This document shows, piece by piece, positions 34,524 through 43,251 of a DNA stretch of 61,323 nucleotides. The notes beneath the pieces are model-generated. The model had not been told where the DNA came from, did no database searches, and saw only the letters and a program-made list of their open reading frames with translations. The stretch is taken from positions 1 to 61,323 of the IMG/VR virus record IMGVR_UViG_3300027647_000002; one strand, given 5' to 3'. The DNA is from a virus. Taxonomy: Duplodnaviria; Caudoviricetes. Both the position numbers and the translations under genes were made by a program. The first letter of the stretch is position 1; every line of letters begins with the position of its first letter.

Positions 34524-34839
34524 GACCTGGCAGCCCGTCTACGAGGTCCGCGGCCGTGTCGTCCCGGACCCGCTGCGCCTCTACCCCGTGCCCGGCGGGG
34601 TGGCTGAGCCGGCGCCCATCGAATGCCGGCACGGGCACCAGCTGAAGGCGAACACCTGCACCGTGGGCTGGCAGTCCTGCCCCATCTCCGAAGTCCGTGG
34701 CGGACACCGCACCCACACCTGCCTCCGCTGCCGCGCCATGGACAAAGAGGACGCGGTCATCTACACCCCGCCCCTCGATCCGGACTGCCCGTGCCTGGAG
34801 GGAACCAGGACGTTCGGAAGCACGTCCAACCCTGCATGA
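34516..34839 (+). CDS. Zinc-binding protein, probably SOS-regulated
   Basis: CRHGH...VGWQSC...GGHRTHTCLRC. Confidence 0.7.
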   Translation: MSETWQPVYEVRGRVVPDPLRLYPVPGGVAEPAPIECRHGHQLKANTCTVGWQSCPISEVRGGHRTHTCLRCRAMDKEDAVIYTPPLDPDCPCLEGTRTFGSTSNPA

Positions 34840-34946
34840 CACAGCAGATACCCGAGTACGAACCACCCACCGTCGACGACCCCGAGCCTGACGAGCGAGA
34901 CTCTGAGACCTGGAGGAAGTGGCTGGAGGAACGGCCCCAGACATGA
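34836..34946 (+). CDS. 36-aa acidic peptide
   Basis: ATGA coupling; MTQQIPEYEPPTVDDPEPDERDSETWRKWLEERPQT. Confidence 0.5.
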   Translation: MTQQIPEYEPPTVDDPEPDERDSETWRKWLEERPQT

Positions 34947-34947
34947 C

Positions 34948-34982
34948 GAGAGCCCGGCCGGAACGTATCCGGCCGGGCTCTC
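34948..34982. terminator. Hairpin between convergent genes
   Basis: GAGAGCCCGGCCGGA-ACGTA-TCCGGCCGGGCTCTC perfect IR. Confidence 0.7.
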
Positions 34983-34993
34983 CCCCGTTCTAC

Positions 34994-36181
34994 CTACCGC
35001 ACACCGACTCGCTGGGCGAGTCCACGCAGCGCGGTCGGGCGCTCCTTCTCCAACAGCTCCCCCACCACATGCCGCAGCAAGGTTTGGTACTGGGTCCACT
35101 CCGGCCCGCCGACACGCTCCGCGGTGAGTAGCATGTCCAGCGCCTTCTGGTGCTGGCCGATCCGGTTCAACGCCGCCGCGCGGTCCAGCAGATGCCGGGC
35201 CTGACTCACCTGCGCGAGCCCTGCACCCTGGTTCGGCATCCGCTTCGCCGCCTTCAACGCCTCCGGATAGCGCTCGCTCGAGACATTGATATCGACGGTT
35301 TGCATCACCACCTGCGACGGACCGAAATTGCACTCATAGTCCTTGGTGTCCACACCGAGTCGGTCGGCCACCTCGTCCGCCGCCCGTGCGAGATCCAGTG
35401 CCCGATCCGGGTCCTGTTCACGCCCGGCCGCGGTCGCCCCCTGCAGCAGAAGAGACCCGTACACCGCAAGCTCCGGGGTAGATGCATCCCCGACCGGCTC
35501 GACACCGGCGGCGGCCTTCAACGCGACTTTGTGCGACTCCTCGTAGCGGCCTTGGACGAGCAGCTGCCACGCCACCGACCCCCGCAGGGTGGCGGCGAGC
35601 AGTGGGTCGTTGCCGCGCTCGGCCGCAGACAGGGCGGACCGGATCGCGACGAAAGCCGGGTCGGCCTGCCCGAGATGCACGAGCGTGCAACCGGTGACCC
35701 AGTACATGCGGGCCAGAAGTTCATTCGCTGTAGGGGCGTCGCCGTTCTGCGCGGCGTGCGCGGTGGCCCGCAACTGGGTGAGGCCGGGAGGCAGTACGGC
35801 CGCGAGGGTTTCGTACCGGCCGCCCCAATACGCACCCCACGCATAGTCCACCGATCGCCGCGCCTCACGTAGCGAGATCGGAGTCTGCTCGGGATCATCG
35901 TCGATCAGGTCGTCGACCGGGCTGAGCGCACGCCGGATCGCGACGACGCCGGCGTCTGGGTCCTCCGACGGTATGCCATACCGCTTGCCCACGAGGTCGG
36001 CGATGTCCACGTCCAGCGCTTTCGCGAGCTTCTGGAGCGTGGCGATGCTGGCGTTGGAGCGTTTGCCCTGTTCCAACTGTCGGATCAGGGACAGGCTCAC
36101 GTCCGACTGTTCTGACAGTTGCCGCTGTGTCATTGCTTTGCCGCGGAACTTCTGGATCCGCGCGCCGATGCTTTCAGACAT
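34994..36181 (-). CDS. XRE-family regulator with large helical (TPR-like) C-terminal domain, 395 aa
   Basis: MTQRQLSEQSDVSLSLIRQLEQGKR HTH; Ala/Leu-rich helical repeats; FGPSQV motif. Confidence 0.85.
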   Translation of the reverse strand: MSESIGARIQKFRGKAMTQRQLSEQSDVSLSLIRQLEQGKRSNASIATLQKLAKALDVDIADLVGKRYGIPSEDPDAGVVAIRRALSPVDDLIDDDPEQTPISLREARRSVDYAWGAYWGGRYETLAAVLPPGLTQLRATAHAAQNGDAPTANELLARMYWVTGCTLVHLGQADPAFVAIRSALSAAERGNDPLLAATLRGSVAWQLLVQGRYEESHKVALKAAAGVEPVGDASTPELAVYGSLLLQGATAAGREQDPDRALDLARAADEVADRLGVDTKDYECNFGPSQVVMQTVDINVSSERYPEALKAAKRMPNQGAGLAQVSQARHLLDRAAALNRIGQHQKALDMLLTAERVGGPEWTQYQTLLRHVVGELLEKERPTALRGLAQRVGVR

Positions 36182-36243
36182 TGATGTGTGGCGTCCTTCG
36201 GTAGCCCCTTCTGTATTGAGCGTACCGAGAAAACCCGCCAGAA

Positions 36244-36262
36244 GTAACACGCAGCGTGTTAC
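36244..36262. promoter_or_regulatory. Perfect palindrome, candidate XRE operator
   Basis: GTAACACGC-A-GCGTGTTAC between divergent genes. Confidence 0.65.
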
Positions 36263-36402
36263 CCCCCTGGCGCAAACCGGCCATACCTTCGAATCAACCA
36301 CCCGCCGCGCCGGGCCGAACCCCCCGACTCGGACCCGGCCGTGGCGGTGGCCACCACCACGCAACACCACAACAACCACAACACAACACAACGAGGTCTC
36401 CG

Positions 36403-36657
36403 ATGACAGAGACAAGCGAACTCCCGGTCAGGACCAGCTACCGGGCCGTGACCCTGCAGCGCTGGCACACCAACAGCCGGCACCTCATCACCCGAGTCCT
36501 CGCCGGACTCCGGGCACTGGACTACCCCGACGCATGCCGGTCACAGGAAACACCGCACGGGTACTCCCACGCCCACCTGATCGCCGACAGGCACGCCCGG
36601 CATCGCTGCCCCCGGTATCAGCTCGCCATCGCCTACCGGCAACAGGCGCGCCCGTGA
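36403..36657 (+). CDS. Hypothetical protein (His/Cys-rich, 84 aa)
   Basis: GAGG RBS after CAA-rich leader; AH...H..H.CPRY. Confidence 0.7.
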   Translation: MTETSELPVRTSYRAVTLQRWHTNSRHLITRVLAGLRALDYPDACRSQETPHGYSHAHLIADRHARHRCPRYQLAIAYRQQARP

Positions 36658-37130
36658 TCACATCCGATCCAGCGACATGCGAATGCCGCACCCACCCGTG
36701 GGTGACCATCGGCATGCTCGGCCACACCCAGGCCAACTCCAGCGACGTGATCCGGTGCCCCGACCGGGAGCACTGCCACTTCGGTGCACCAATCCGCGAC
36801 GGCGTCATCGCACCCCACTACCGGAACATGACCGGCCGCTGCGCATGGGAAGGCCTCCGGGTACGGGCGAGCATGCCGTGCGAGTGCGGCGGTTGGCCGT
36901 GGATCCGAGCCGACGTCCTCCGGAACGTCTCCCATGAGGACATGATCCTTGTCAATCCCGTCCGGGCCGCGAGCTGCCCCGGCTGCCGCAAGCGGGTCGA
37001 CGTCGAGAAGAACCGGTTCGCACTGCACCCGTTGAAGACCGGCGGGTGCGTGTGGTCCGGGATCTACATCGCGACCGGGGCGTCGGTGCCGCCTCGGGGT
37101 GTTCCAGCTCCCGCGTCTACTCGGGTATGA
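36654..37130 (+). CDS. Protein with duplicated Cys/His metal-binding domain
   Basis: Two copies of CEC..xPW...CP...H...C.W.G; GTGA coupling. Confidence 0.7.
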   Translation: MITSDPATCECRTHPWVTIGMLGHTQANSSDVIRCPDREHCHFGAPIRDGVIAPHYRNMTGRCAWEGLRVRASMPCECGGWPWIRADVLRNVSHEDMILVNPVRAASCPGCRKRVDVEKNRFALHPLKTGGCVWSGIYIATGASVPPRGVPAPASTRV

Positions 37131-37150
37131 GAGGTGCCCCTGTAAACACG

Positions 37151-37199
37151 GAAGGCGCCCCACCGATCCTGATGTCAGGACTGGTGGGGCGCTTCTTTT
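37151..37199. terminator. Terminator between convergent accessory and tail genes
   Basis: GAAGGCGCCCCACC...GGTGGGGCGCTTC followed by TTTT. Confidence 0.75.
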
Positions 37200-37215
37200 C
37201 GGGTTCGCGCTTGAG

Positions 37216-38238
37216 CTAAGGCCGGGTGGCCCGTACGTAGCTCGCGGCGTTCGGCTGGGCGGAGATGCTGTTGGTGAGATTGCAGCGCGCCTCCAGGCGG
37301 ATCTTATCCCCAGCCGTCACGGTCACATTCGTAGCTGTCAGAGACAACGTGCCGGAGCTGCTCTGGCTCAGCTGCAAGGGGGTAACCGTCGTCGCCAGGA
37401 TCGTCGATGCGCCCTGTCTCAGCTGCATGTAAATATCGCGATTGCCGAAGGCGTGGTGCGTCGTCCAGACAACGCTGGCCTCAATCGTTACGCCCGTGGC
37501 CGATCTTTGGATCACCAGGTCACCGCCGTCGACGGTCGAGCCTGGATAGTTCGTAGTGTCCGCCGCCCAAGTGCCGTCGACTTGAGCGAAGGATGTCCCC
37601 AGCCGGCTGGAGGCACCAGACTTCGTCATCCCCGACGGGATGAACGTAATCACCTCGTAGTCGACATCCGGTGCCATGGCGAGCGATGCAACCGCAGTGG
37701 CATCCAGCGACGCGACCGGAGCCACCGCCGGCGACATCGACAGCCCCGCCGCAGCGCCGATGACCCCTGCGATTGCGACGTCCGCGGTCACCGTCATCGT
37801 GGTGATCGCGTCCGCAGTCACCACCGCCACCGGGATTTCCGCCATCCCGGGGGACATCGACAGCCCCGCACCCGCCTCGACCACACCCGCATGCTCGACC
37901 ACGGCATCCGGGGTCATCGTGAACGAGACCGTCGGGAACAGCTCGTCCGGGATGATCGCCGCGATCGGCGTCATCACCAGCCCAGCCGCCGCCTCCAACA
38001 CCACCGATGCCACAGGGCTAACGCCGGGAGACATCGAGAACACGACATCAGCGGTACGCCACGGCAACACAGCCCACACCGCAGCAGGTGTGAGCGTGAA
38101 CGATACGTCGGCGTAGACAAGCATCACCGGCGCCGGCGGGAAATCCTCGAAACCGACATCAGGGCCAGGGAAGTCCGCGAGCCCTGCGTCGACGGCCGGG
38201 AAGTCCTCGACGCCGGTGTCGGCGTGAGGGAACCCCAC
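37216..38238 (-). CDS. Minor tail / receptor-binding protein
   Basis: DFP repeats, A.LSM(S/T)P beta repeats, C-terminal PSGMTKSG domain. Confidence 0.75.
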   Translation of the reverse strand: MGFPHADTGVEDFPAVDAGLADFPGPDVGFEDFPPAPVMLVYADVSFTLTPAAVWAVLPWRTADVVFSMSPGVSPVASVVLEAAAGLVMTPIAAIIPDELFPTVSFTMTPDAVVEHAGVVEAGAGLSMSPGMAEIPVAVVTADAITTMTVTADVAIAGVIGAAAGLSMSPAVAPVASLDATAVASLAMAPDVDYEVITFIPSGMTKSGASSRLGTSFAQVDGTWAADTTNYPGSTVDGGDLVIQRSATGVTIEASVVWTTHHAFGNRDIYMQLRQGASTILATTVTPLQLSQSSSGTLSLTATNVTVTAGDKIRLEARCNLTNSISAQPNAASYVRATRP

Positions 38239-38240
38239 GA

Positions 38241-38597
38241 TCAGCTCCAGGCCACGTACAGGCCATCACCCGACGAGGGAGTGACCTTCAGCTCGCCCGC
38301 GGGGGACACGGTGGCGTCCACGGTGTCGATGATGTCCCGCAAGGTGGTTCCGTCGTCGGACCACCGGCACATGTGCGTGACGTCCCCGTCCGGCACAGCG
38401 AAAGTCATCTGGCTACCGGTGACCTTCCCGCCGGATGCGGTGCCCCAGGTGGTCGACTGGCGTTCGTATCCGCCGCCCGTCACCTCGTTCGCCGTACCCG
38501 CACTACCCGGGTCTCCGGTGTGCAGTGAGTACACGTCACCCAGGGCTGCCCACGCCTCGGCAACTTCGTTTGCGGTGGCAAGAACATTCAGCGCCAT
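38241..38597 (-). CDS. Minor tail protein
   Basis: SLHTGDPGSAGTANEVTGGGYERQ motif. Confidence 0.8.
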   Translation of the reverse strand: MALNVLATANEVAEAWAALGDVYSLHTGDPGSAGTANEVTGGGYERQSTTWGTASGGKVTGSQMTFAVPDGDVTHMCRWSDDGTTLRDIIDTVDATVSPAGELKVTPSSGDGLYVAWS

Positions 38598-38606
38598 GTG
38601 ATGCTC

Positions 38607-38918
38607 CTAGTCCTGCGGGGTGCGGTGGGCACGCCCGGTTTTCCAATGGAAGTCGTTCTCGGACTCGGTGTCCGGATTCGGGTAGCGGATGAACATGTCG
38701 TAGGCGGTGCCGTGCGGGATGACGTCCGGGCCGCAGTCCTCGGCCTCGACCCGCCAGGACACGGTGTTGCCCTCGACCGTTGCGTCCCAAGTCACGTCAT
38801 TCGCCCAGATGATCTGGGCGGTCGAATCTGCCGGTACACCAGCGCGGGCGGTGCGTTCATAGATGAAGTCGCCCTTGTTGAGGTCGAGGATTTCGAATAT
38901 CGGCTTCCAGCCGGCCAT
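38607..38918 (-). CDS. Minor tail / baseplate-associated protein
   Basis: MAGWKP...L.L.KGDF...W.A.V; position. Confidence 0.65.
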   Translation of the reverse strand: MAGWKPIFEILDLNKGDFIYERTARAGVPADSTAQIIWANDVTWDATVEGNTVSWRVEAEDCGPDVIPHGTAYDMFIRYPNPDTESENDFHWKTGRAHRTPQD

Positions 38919-38919
38919 G

Positions 38920-39243
38920 TCAATTTCCCCCGTTCAGTGACTGATCGAGTTCGTATCCGCCCAGCATCAAGAGCGCCAGCCAGTAGCAGCCGTCGATGTC
39001 AACCGGTTCGTCGGGCGTGAAGCTCCCCGTCCGCCGGTGAAGCTGCGGCGTGATGCAGGTGCCGTCATCGGTGGCCGGGTACACCCGGACCTCCGGGGAC
39101 TGCTGGCCGATCCTCGGCTGGACAGCCACAGTGACGTATTCGCATTCGGTTCCGCTGATCACCCGAGGTGGGTCCAGTCGGAAACAGCGCGCCACACCAA
39201 AATACCCGCCCACGTTGTTGAGGTGCACGGTCGCGGTAGCCAT
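38920..39243 (-). CDS. Conserved hypothetical protein (tail region)
   Basis: ARCFRLDPP...YVTV...AL.MLGGY. Confidence 0.7.
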   Translation of the reverse strand: MATATVHLNNVGGYFGVARCFRLDPPRVISGTECEYVTVAVQPRIGQQSPEVRVYPATDDGTCITPQLHRRTGSFTPDEPVDIDGCYWLALLMLGGYELDQSLNGGN

Positions 39244-39710
39244 CACGGCGCCCAGGACGGATCGTCGACCTTCATCGCAGCAACGAATCCGTCCAGAACT
39301 CCAGGCGTGTAACCCGAGTCCGACCGACCCAATGCGGGGGTGGCATGAATATCCGAGTCGTAATACCCAAAGACCATCTGGTACGAGTTGTACCGCTGGT
39401 CGTTTGGCTTGATTTCGTGCTTCAGTATCAACCGCTCGCGGTCATCCCACCACTTTGAAAGGACCTCTTTGGTGTTCGAATTCTGCGGGGACGGCCCCAC
39501 ACCCCAATTTCCCGGATCGTCCAGGTCCATTCCGCTGTATATGACGTCACTGAGCAGGCGAGAGGCCATCCGGAACGCATCCCCCAGCAATGAGTCCATC
39601 CCGCTGCGGTACCGGTGAAGATATGTAGCGACTTGCGGTGTTCCGAGAATGAACAGTTCCATACTCGGAGACCAGATGAACGCGCGAGTGTTCTCAAGAG
39701 CGTCTGTCAT
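39243..39710 (-). CDS. Hypothetical protein (lower GC)
   Basis: AAGGA RBS; ATGA coupling. Confidence 0.7.
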   Translation of the reverse strand: MTDALENTRAFIWSPSMELFILGTPQVATYLHRYRSGMDSLLGDAFRMASRLLSDVIYSGMDLDDPGNWGVGPSPQNSNTKEVLSKWWDDRERLILKHEIKPNDQRYNSYQMVFGYYDSDIHATPALGRSDSGYTPGVLDGFVAAMKVDDPSWAP

Positions 39711-40309
39711 TGGGTGTCCTTAATGTATTCGAGTACGACGACGCACCCCGCGCCGCCATTGGCATTTGCGCCACCGCCTCCAGACGGAAATCCACCAGTC
39801 TGGCCGGCGTTTCCGCCACCTCCGGATTGGCACCATTGCCATAGGGCGGGGCTCGAGACGCCGGCGTCTACGAATCCCGATTTGCCTCCAGTGGATCCAG
39901 CACCCGCCCCGCCGCCTCCGGCGGCTAGAAGTCGCACGATGCCCGAAGTGGTGGATTGTCCAGGTTGCCCGGACACGCCCCCATTACCGCCCCGCATTCC
40001 CGAGACGATCCCCCCCATGCCGCCGTTGCTACCGCCGAGACCGCCCGGTGCGGATACGGGGCCGAAGGAGCTGTGGCCCCCATCGGAGCCAGCAGCGCCC
40101 CCCGCGCCTACTTCGACCGAAATGACGTCCTCTAGTTCAGCAGCTTTGATTCGTAAGAGTTGTACGGCAGCGCCACCACCACCACCGGTCGTTGAGTCAC
40201 CTGCACCGCCCGCCCCCCGTACGAGTACGTCCACCGCTATAAGTCCCGGAGGTTTGGCCCACGCAGCGGACTCGGTGTACACATGCATGGCGAGAATCGC
40301 ATTCGCCAT
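39707..40309 (-). CDS. Glycine-rich minor tail protein
   Basis: W.KP.G...V...GAGG...GGAGCVVVLEY. Confidence 0.8.
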   Translation of the reverse strand: MANAILAMHVYTESAAWAKPPGLIAVDVLVRGAGGAGDSTTGGGGGAAVQLLRIKAAELEDVISVEVGAGGAAGSDGGHSSFGPVSAPGGLGGSNGGMGGIVSGMRGGNGGVSGQPGQSTTSGIVRLLAAGGGGAGAGSTGGKSGFVDAGVSSPALWQWCQSGGGGNAGQTGGFPSGGGGANANGGAGCVVVLEYIKDTQ

Positions 40310-41334
40310 TACGTGAATCTTTCGATGATGTAGACGATGCCGTTTCCGCCGCGACCGCCGTTGGCGTTTTCGCCACCACCGCCACCGCCACCGGCCGGGT
40401 AAGCTCCCGCACCGCCAACGGCCGTGTAGGTGCCGCCTCCGCCACCACCGCCACCGGTGGCTACTACGGTCGACGGCGCCTGCCCGGGCTGACTTATTCC
40501 TCCGCCGGGAGAAATCCCACCAATGCCGCCAATGGACGCCCCCATGCCCGCGACCGAGTTACCGGCACCACCCCCACCACCCCCACCGCCTCCATTTAGC
40601 GAGTAAGCACTGGTGGAGTTGCCCCCAGGGGAGGATGACATCCCGACTGTGGGACCTGCGCCCACGCCTCCGGGGCCGCCAACGATCATCCCGGCGCCTC
40701 CAACCCCGCCGTCACCGGGGTAAATGTTGACCCCGGCATTACTTGTCCCGCTGCCTCCCTGCCCGCCGCCTGCCGTAAGCCAGGTGCCAAGGGTGGTGTT
40801 TCCGCCGCCGACCCCAGGTGCAGAGTTCGTGTTCGTGGCGAAGCTCCCGCCGTTTCCTCCAGTGCCTATGCCGATGGTTATCGGGAGGAAATCGCCGTTG
40901 CCATCAGTGGGTAGCAGGCTGGCCGGCACAAGGGTATGCACCTCGCCGCCGCCACCACCGCCACCGCCACCGGCCCGACTGGCCGGGAGAGCGTCGCCGC
41001 GACCTCCTCCACCACCCGCACCCGCACCAATGAGGATCACCTCGAGCGACAAAACCCCCTCGGTCGGAGTCCAGGTCTCGCCATCGGTGAAGACCCACGC
41101 ATTGCCCTGGAGGATCAGCTGCTGGAATGCGGCCTCCAGGTCGGCGAGCTGCTGCGTGTGGTCGTTGATGACACTGTTGTAGTTTGTGTGCGCCATGTCC
41201 TGGGCGCCCTCCCAGGACCCGATCACGCCGCCCTTCATGGCGTTCTTCGCATCGCTCTCGGTGGTGGCCTGCCACGCCGCGAACCCGCCGACGCCCAGGC
41301 TCCCGCCGGGAGACGATCCATCGGGGGCGGTCAC
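40309..41334 (-). CDS. Glycine-rich minor tail protein
   Basis: WTP.EG...LIGAGAGGGGG...GGNGIVYIIE. Confidence 0.85.
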   Translation of the reverse strand: MTAPDGSSPGGSLGVGGFAAWQATTESDAKNAMKGGVIGSWEGAQDMAHTNYNSVINDHTQQLADLEAAFQQLILQGNAWVFTDGETWTPTEGVLSLEVILIGAGAGGGGGRGDALPASRAGGGGGGGGGEVHTLVPASLLPTDGNGDFLPITIGIGTGGNGGSFATNTNSAPGVGGGNTTLGTWLTAGGGQGGSGTSNAGVNIYPGDGGVGGAGMIVGGPGGVGAGPTVGMSSSPGGNSTSAYSLNGGGGGGGGGAGNSVAGMGASIGGIGGISPGGGISQPGQAPSTVVATGGGGGGGGTYTAVGGAGAYPAGGGGGGGENANGGRGGNGIVYIIERFT

Positions 41335-41335
41335 G

Positions 41336-41791
41336 TCACAACCCGCATGTCGGGTCGGTGTACGGGTTTTTCGCGCGGCGGTCGTTGGCCTCGACCGACC
41401 ACGTCTGATAGTCGCTCAGCGCCTGGCGGATTCGATCCCGGCTATTCGGCTTGGGGTTCGCGGATTCGTCAGCTATCACCCCGACCATGTCATCGAGATG
41501 CCGTTGATTCTCAATCGACACCGCGGACCGGGCTACCAACGTGGATCGGAACTCGCTGTTGCATTTTTGCTGGTCAGCAGACTGCATCGCAGCGAACACC
41601 GTGGACGCCACCGCCAGGACGGCCACGACGATCAGCCAATAAGCCTGCTGCCGATCGGTACGCGGCAGGGTGGGAACGGCGATCCTCCGGCCGCCGCGCC
41701 GGAATTCACGCCAGCTCAGTGATAGCCCTGCGAAAAAACCGATCGCGATGCACGACGCACCGAACAGAAGCTGCAGGATGACGTCATTCAT
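41336..41791 (-). CDS. Membrane protein (lysis cassette)
   Basis: Two TM segments plus Cys-bracketed helical domain. Confidence 0.75.
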   Translation of the reverse strand: MNDVILQLLFGASCIAIGFFAGLSLSWREFRRGGRRIAVPTLPRTDRQQAYWLIVVAVLAVASTVFAAMQSADQQKCNSEFRSTLVARSAVSIENQRHLDDMVGVIADESANPKPNSRDRIRQALSDYQTWSVEANDRRAKNPYTDPTCGL

Positions 41792-42011
41792 CAGTATCAC
41801 CTTGGGTTTCCGGATTTCGGTTCCGTGATGCCTGGAATCTCGCGGCGCCCAAAAGTCCGATGATCGCGCCCATGATCCCGTTCACGCCCGTGTTCCCCTG
41901 ATATGTGTCGATCACCAGCGGCGCAAAGATGTTCGCCGCCCAGCACACTGTCACGACGTACACCAGGACACTGACCGTGCGCGTCGACACCCCGAAGTCG
42001 CTGCTGGTCAT
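41784..42011 (-). CDS. Membrane protein (lysis cassette)
   Basis: Two TM segments; GAGGAGG RBS. Confidence 0.75.
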   Translation of the reverse strand: MTSSDFGVSTRTVSVLVYVVTVCWAANIFAPLVIDTYQGNTGVNGIMGAIIGLLGAARFQASRNRNPETQGDTDE

Positions 42012-42073
42012 TTACACCCTCCTCATCCACCACACCCCGACTACGAGCCGGAGCACCGGCAGTGAACAGGGCC

Positions 42074-42307
42074 TCACTCCTCGCCACGAGGACGCGCGGC
42101 CGGCTTCGGCGTAAACGGCGCCACCTGTGACCGGATCCCGGCCGTGAGCGGAACGCCCAGCGCGAGCGCCAGGAGTGCGGCGATCAGGTTCGCCGAATCC
42201 TCGGTCATCAGCCCGCTCGTCACGAGATACGCGAAAGCCGCGGTAATCAGCGCGCCTACACCCGCGGCCACTGGCTCCCGTTTCAGCAGATCCTTGAGTT
42301 TGCTCAC
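42074..42307 (-). CDS. Holin
   Basis: REPV...two TMs...IRSQVAP; directly after lysin. Confidence 0.75.
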   Translation of the reverse strand: MSKLKDLLKREPVAAGVGALITAAFAYLVTSGLMTEDSANLIAALLALALGVPLTAGIRSQVAPFTPKPAARPRGEE

Positions 42308-43251
42308 TTGGCCAGTCCTTCCAGGAGTTCGATGATCCGCTCGTTCTGCGCGATCAGGTGGGCGATGGCGTCGGCCTGAGTGCGCCGCGGGGCGTCGGCC
42401 TTCTTCGCCCGTTCCGCCTGCGCAGCCTCGCCCGTGCCGAGTTGGGGCCAGCCTTCGAAGTTCGGCCCGCCGGCGAGCTGCGTAAGGATGACCGCGACCG
42501 CCTCGGTGAGGTACCGGTTCCGCGAGTCCTTGCCGGAGGTGGTCTCCACGGCCTTGCCGAGGATCGCGAACCCCTTCCGGTCTCCACCCATCAGCTGAGT
42601 CGCTACGTCTTCCGCGGACATGTCGTCCTCCGTTCCTGCGCCGAACAGCGCGTCGAATTCCTTCTCGCTGCGAACCGCCCAGGCATCGACCAGCTGGCCG
42701 GCCACGCGAGCTTTCTGTGTGAACTGCAGGACCGCGACCGTGTTGCCGCCGTAGCCGGACCAGCCGGCGTGATCGGCGCCTGGGTAGAGCAGGGACGCGA
42801 AACCGGGTAGGTCTTGGCCGTAGTGCGATGCCATGAGTGGCGGCAGTCCCGACAGATCCGGGGAGCCGATATGCCCCTGCCAATACCAGCGCGGCAGATA
42901 CGTGAGCGGCACCCGGTAGCCGCGGCGCACGAACTCCGCGTGCACAGCCCGCAGCATGCCGACGCCACCGGAGTTCAGTTCGTGGTCGAGCATCACCGGC
43001 ACCGCCCGGTCTGGCTCGATCCGCACGAAGTTGTCCACCTGCGCGGCCGGACTAGTGTCCCGGACGTAGTGGTAGGCCATGAACTTCATCCCGGCGCGCT
43101 CGGTGCCCGACTTCTGCGCCCGGTACTCCGGGTTGATGTAACCGCTACCCTCGGTGGCTTTCGCGATCACCGCCCGGAATCCGCCGGCCGCCACCTGTGT
43201 GAGGTTGAGACCCTTCTGCCAGGACGAGATGTCGATGCCGAAGATGGTCAT
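42304..43251 (-). CDS. Lysin A, GH25 muramidase subunit
   Basis: FGIDISSWQ...KATEG...AYHY...MLDHE...LQFT. Confidence 0.9.
   Translation of the reverse strand: MTIFGIDISSWQKGLNLTQVAAGGFRAVIAKATEGSGYINPEYRAQKSGTERAGMKFMAYHYVRDTSPAAQVDNFVRIEPDRAVPVMLDHELNSGGVGMLRAVHAEFVRRGYRVPLTYLPRWYWQGHIGSPDLSGLPPLMASHYGQDLPGFASLLYPGADHAGWSGYGGNTVAVLQFTQKARVAGQLVDAWAVRSEKEFDALFGAGTEDDMSAEDVATQLMGGDRKGFAILGKAVETTSGKDSRNRYLTEAVAVILTQLAGGPNFEGWPQLGTGEAAQAERAKKADAPRRTQADAIAHLIAQNERIIELLEGLAK

Noticed and set aside
34994-36181. Calling the XRE-TPR-like gene an arbitrium (aimR-aimP) system
   Set aside because: No adjacent signal-peptide-bearing pro-peptide gene; only the architecture is similar.
37216-41334. Possible DGR or invertible tail-fibre system
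   Set aside because: No reverse transcriptase, no template/variable repeat pair and no invertase or flanking inverted sites seen.
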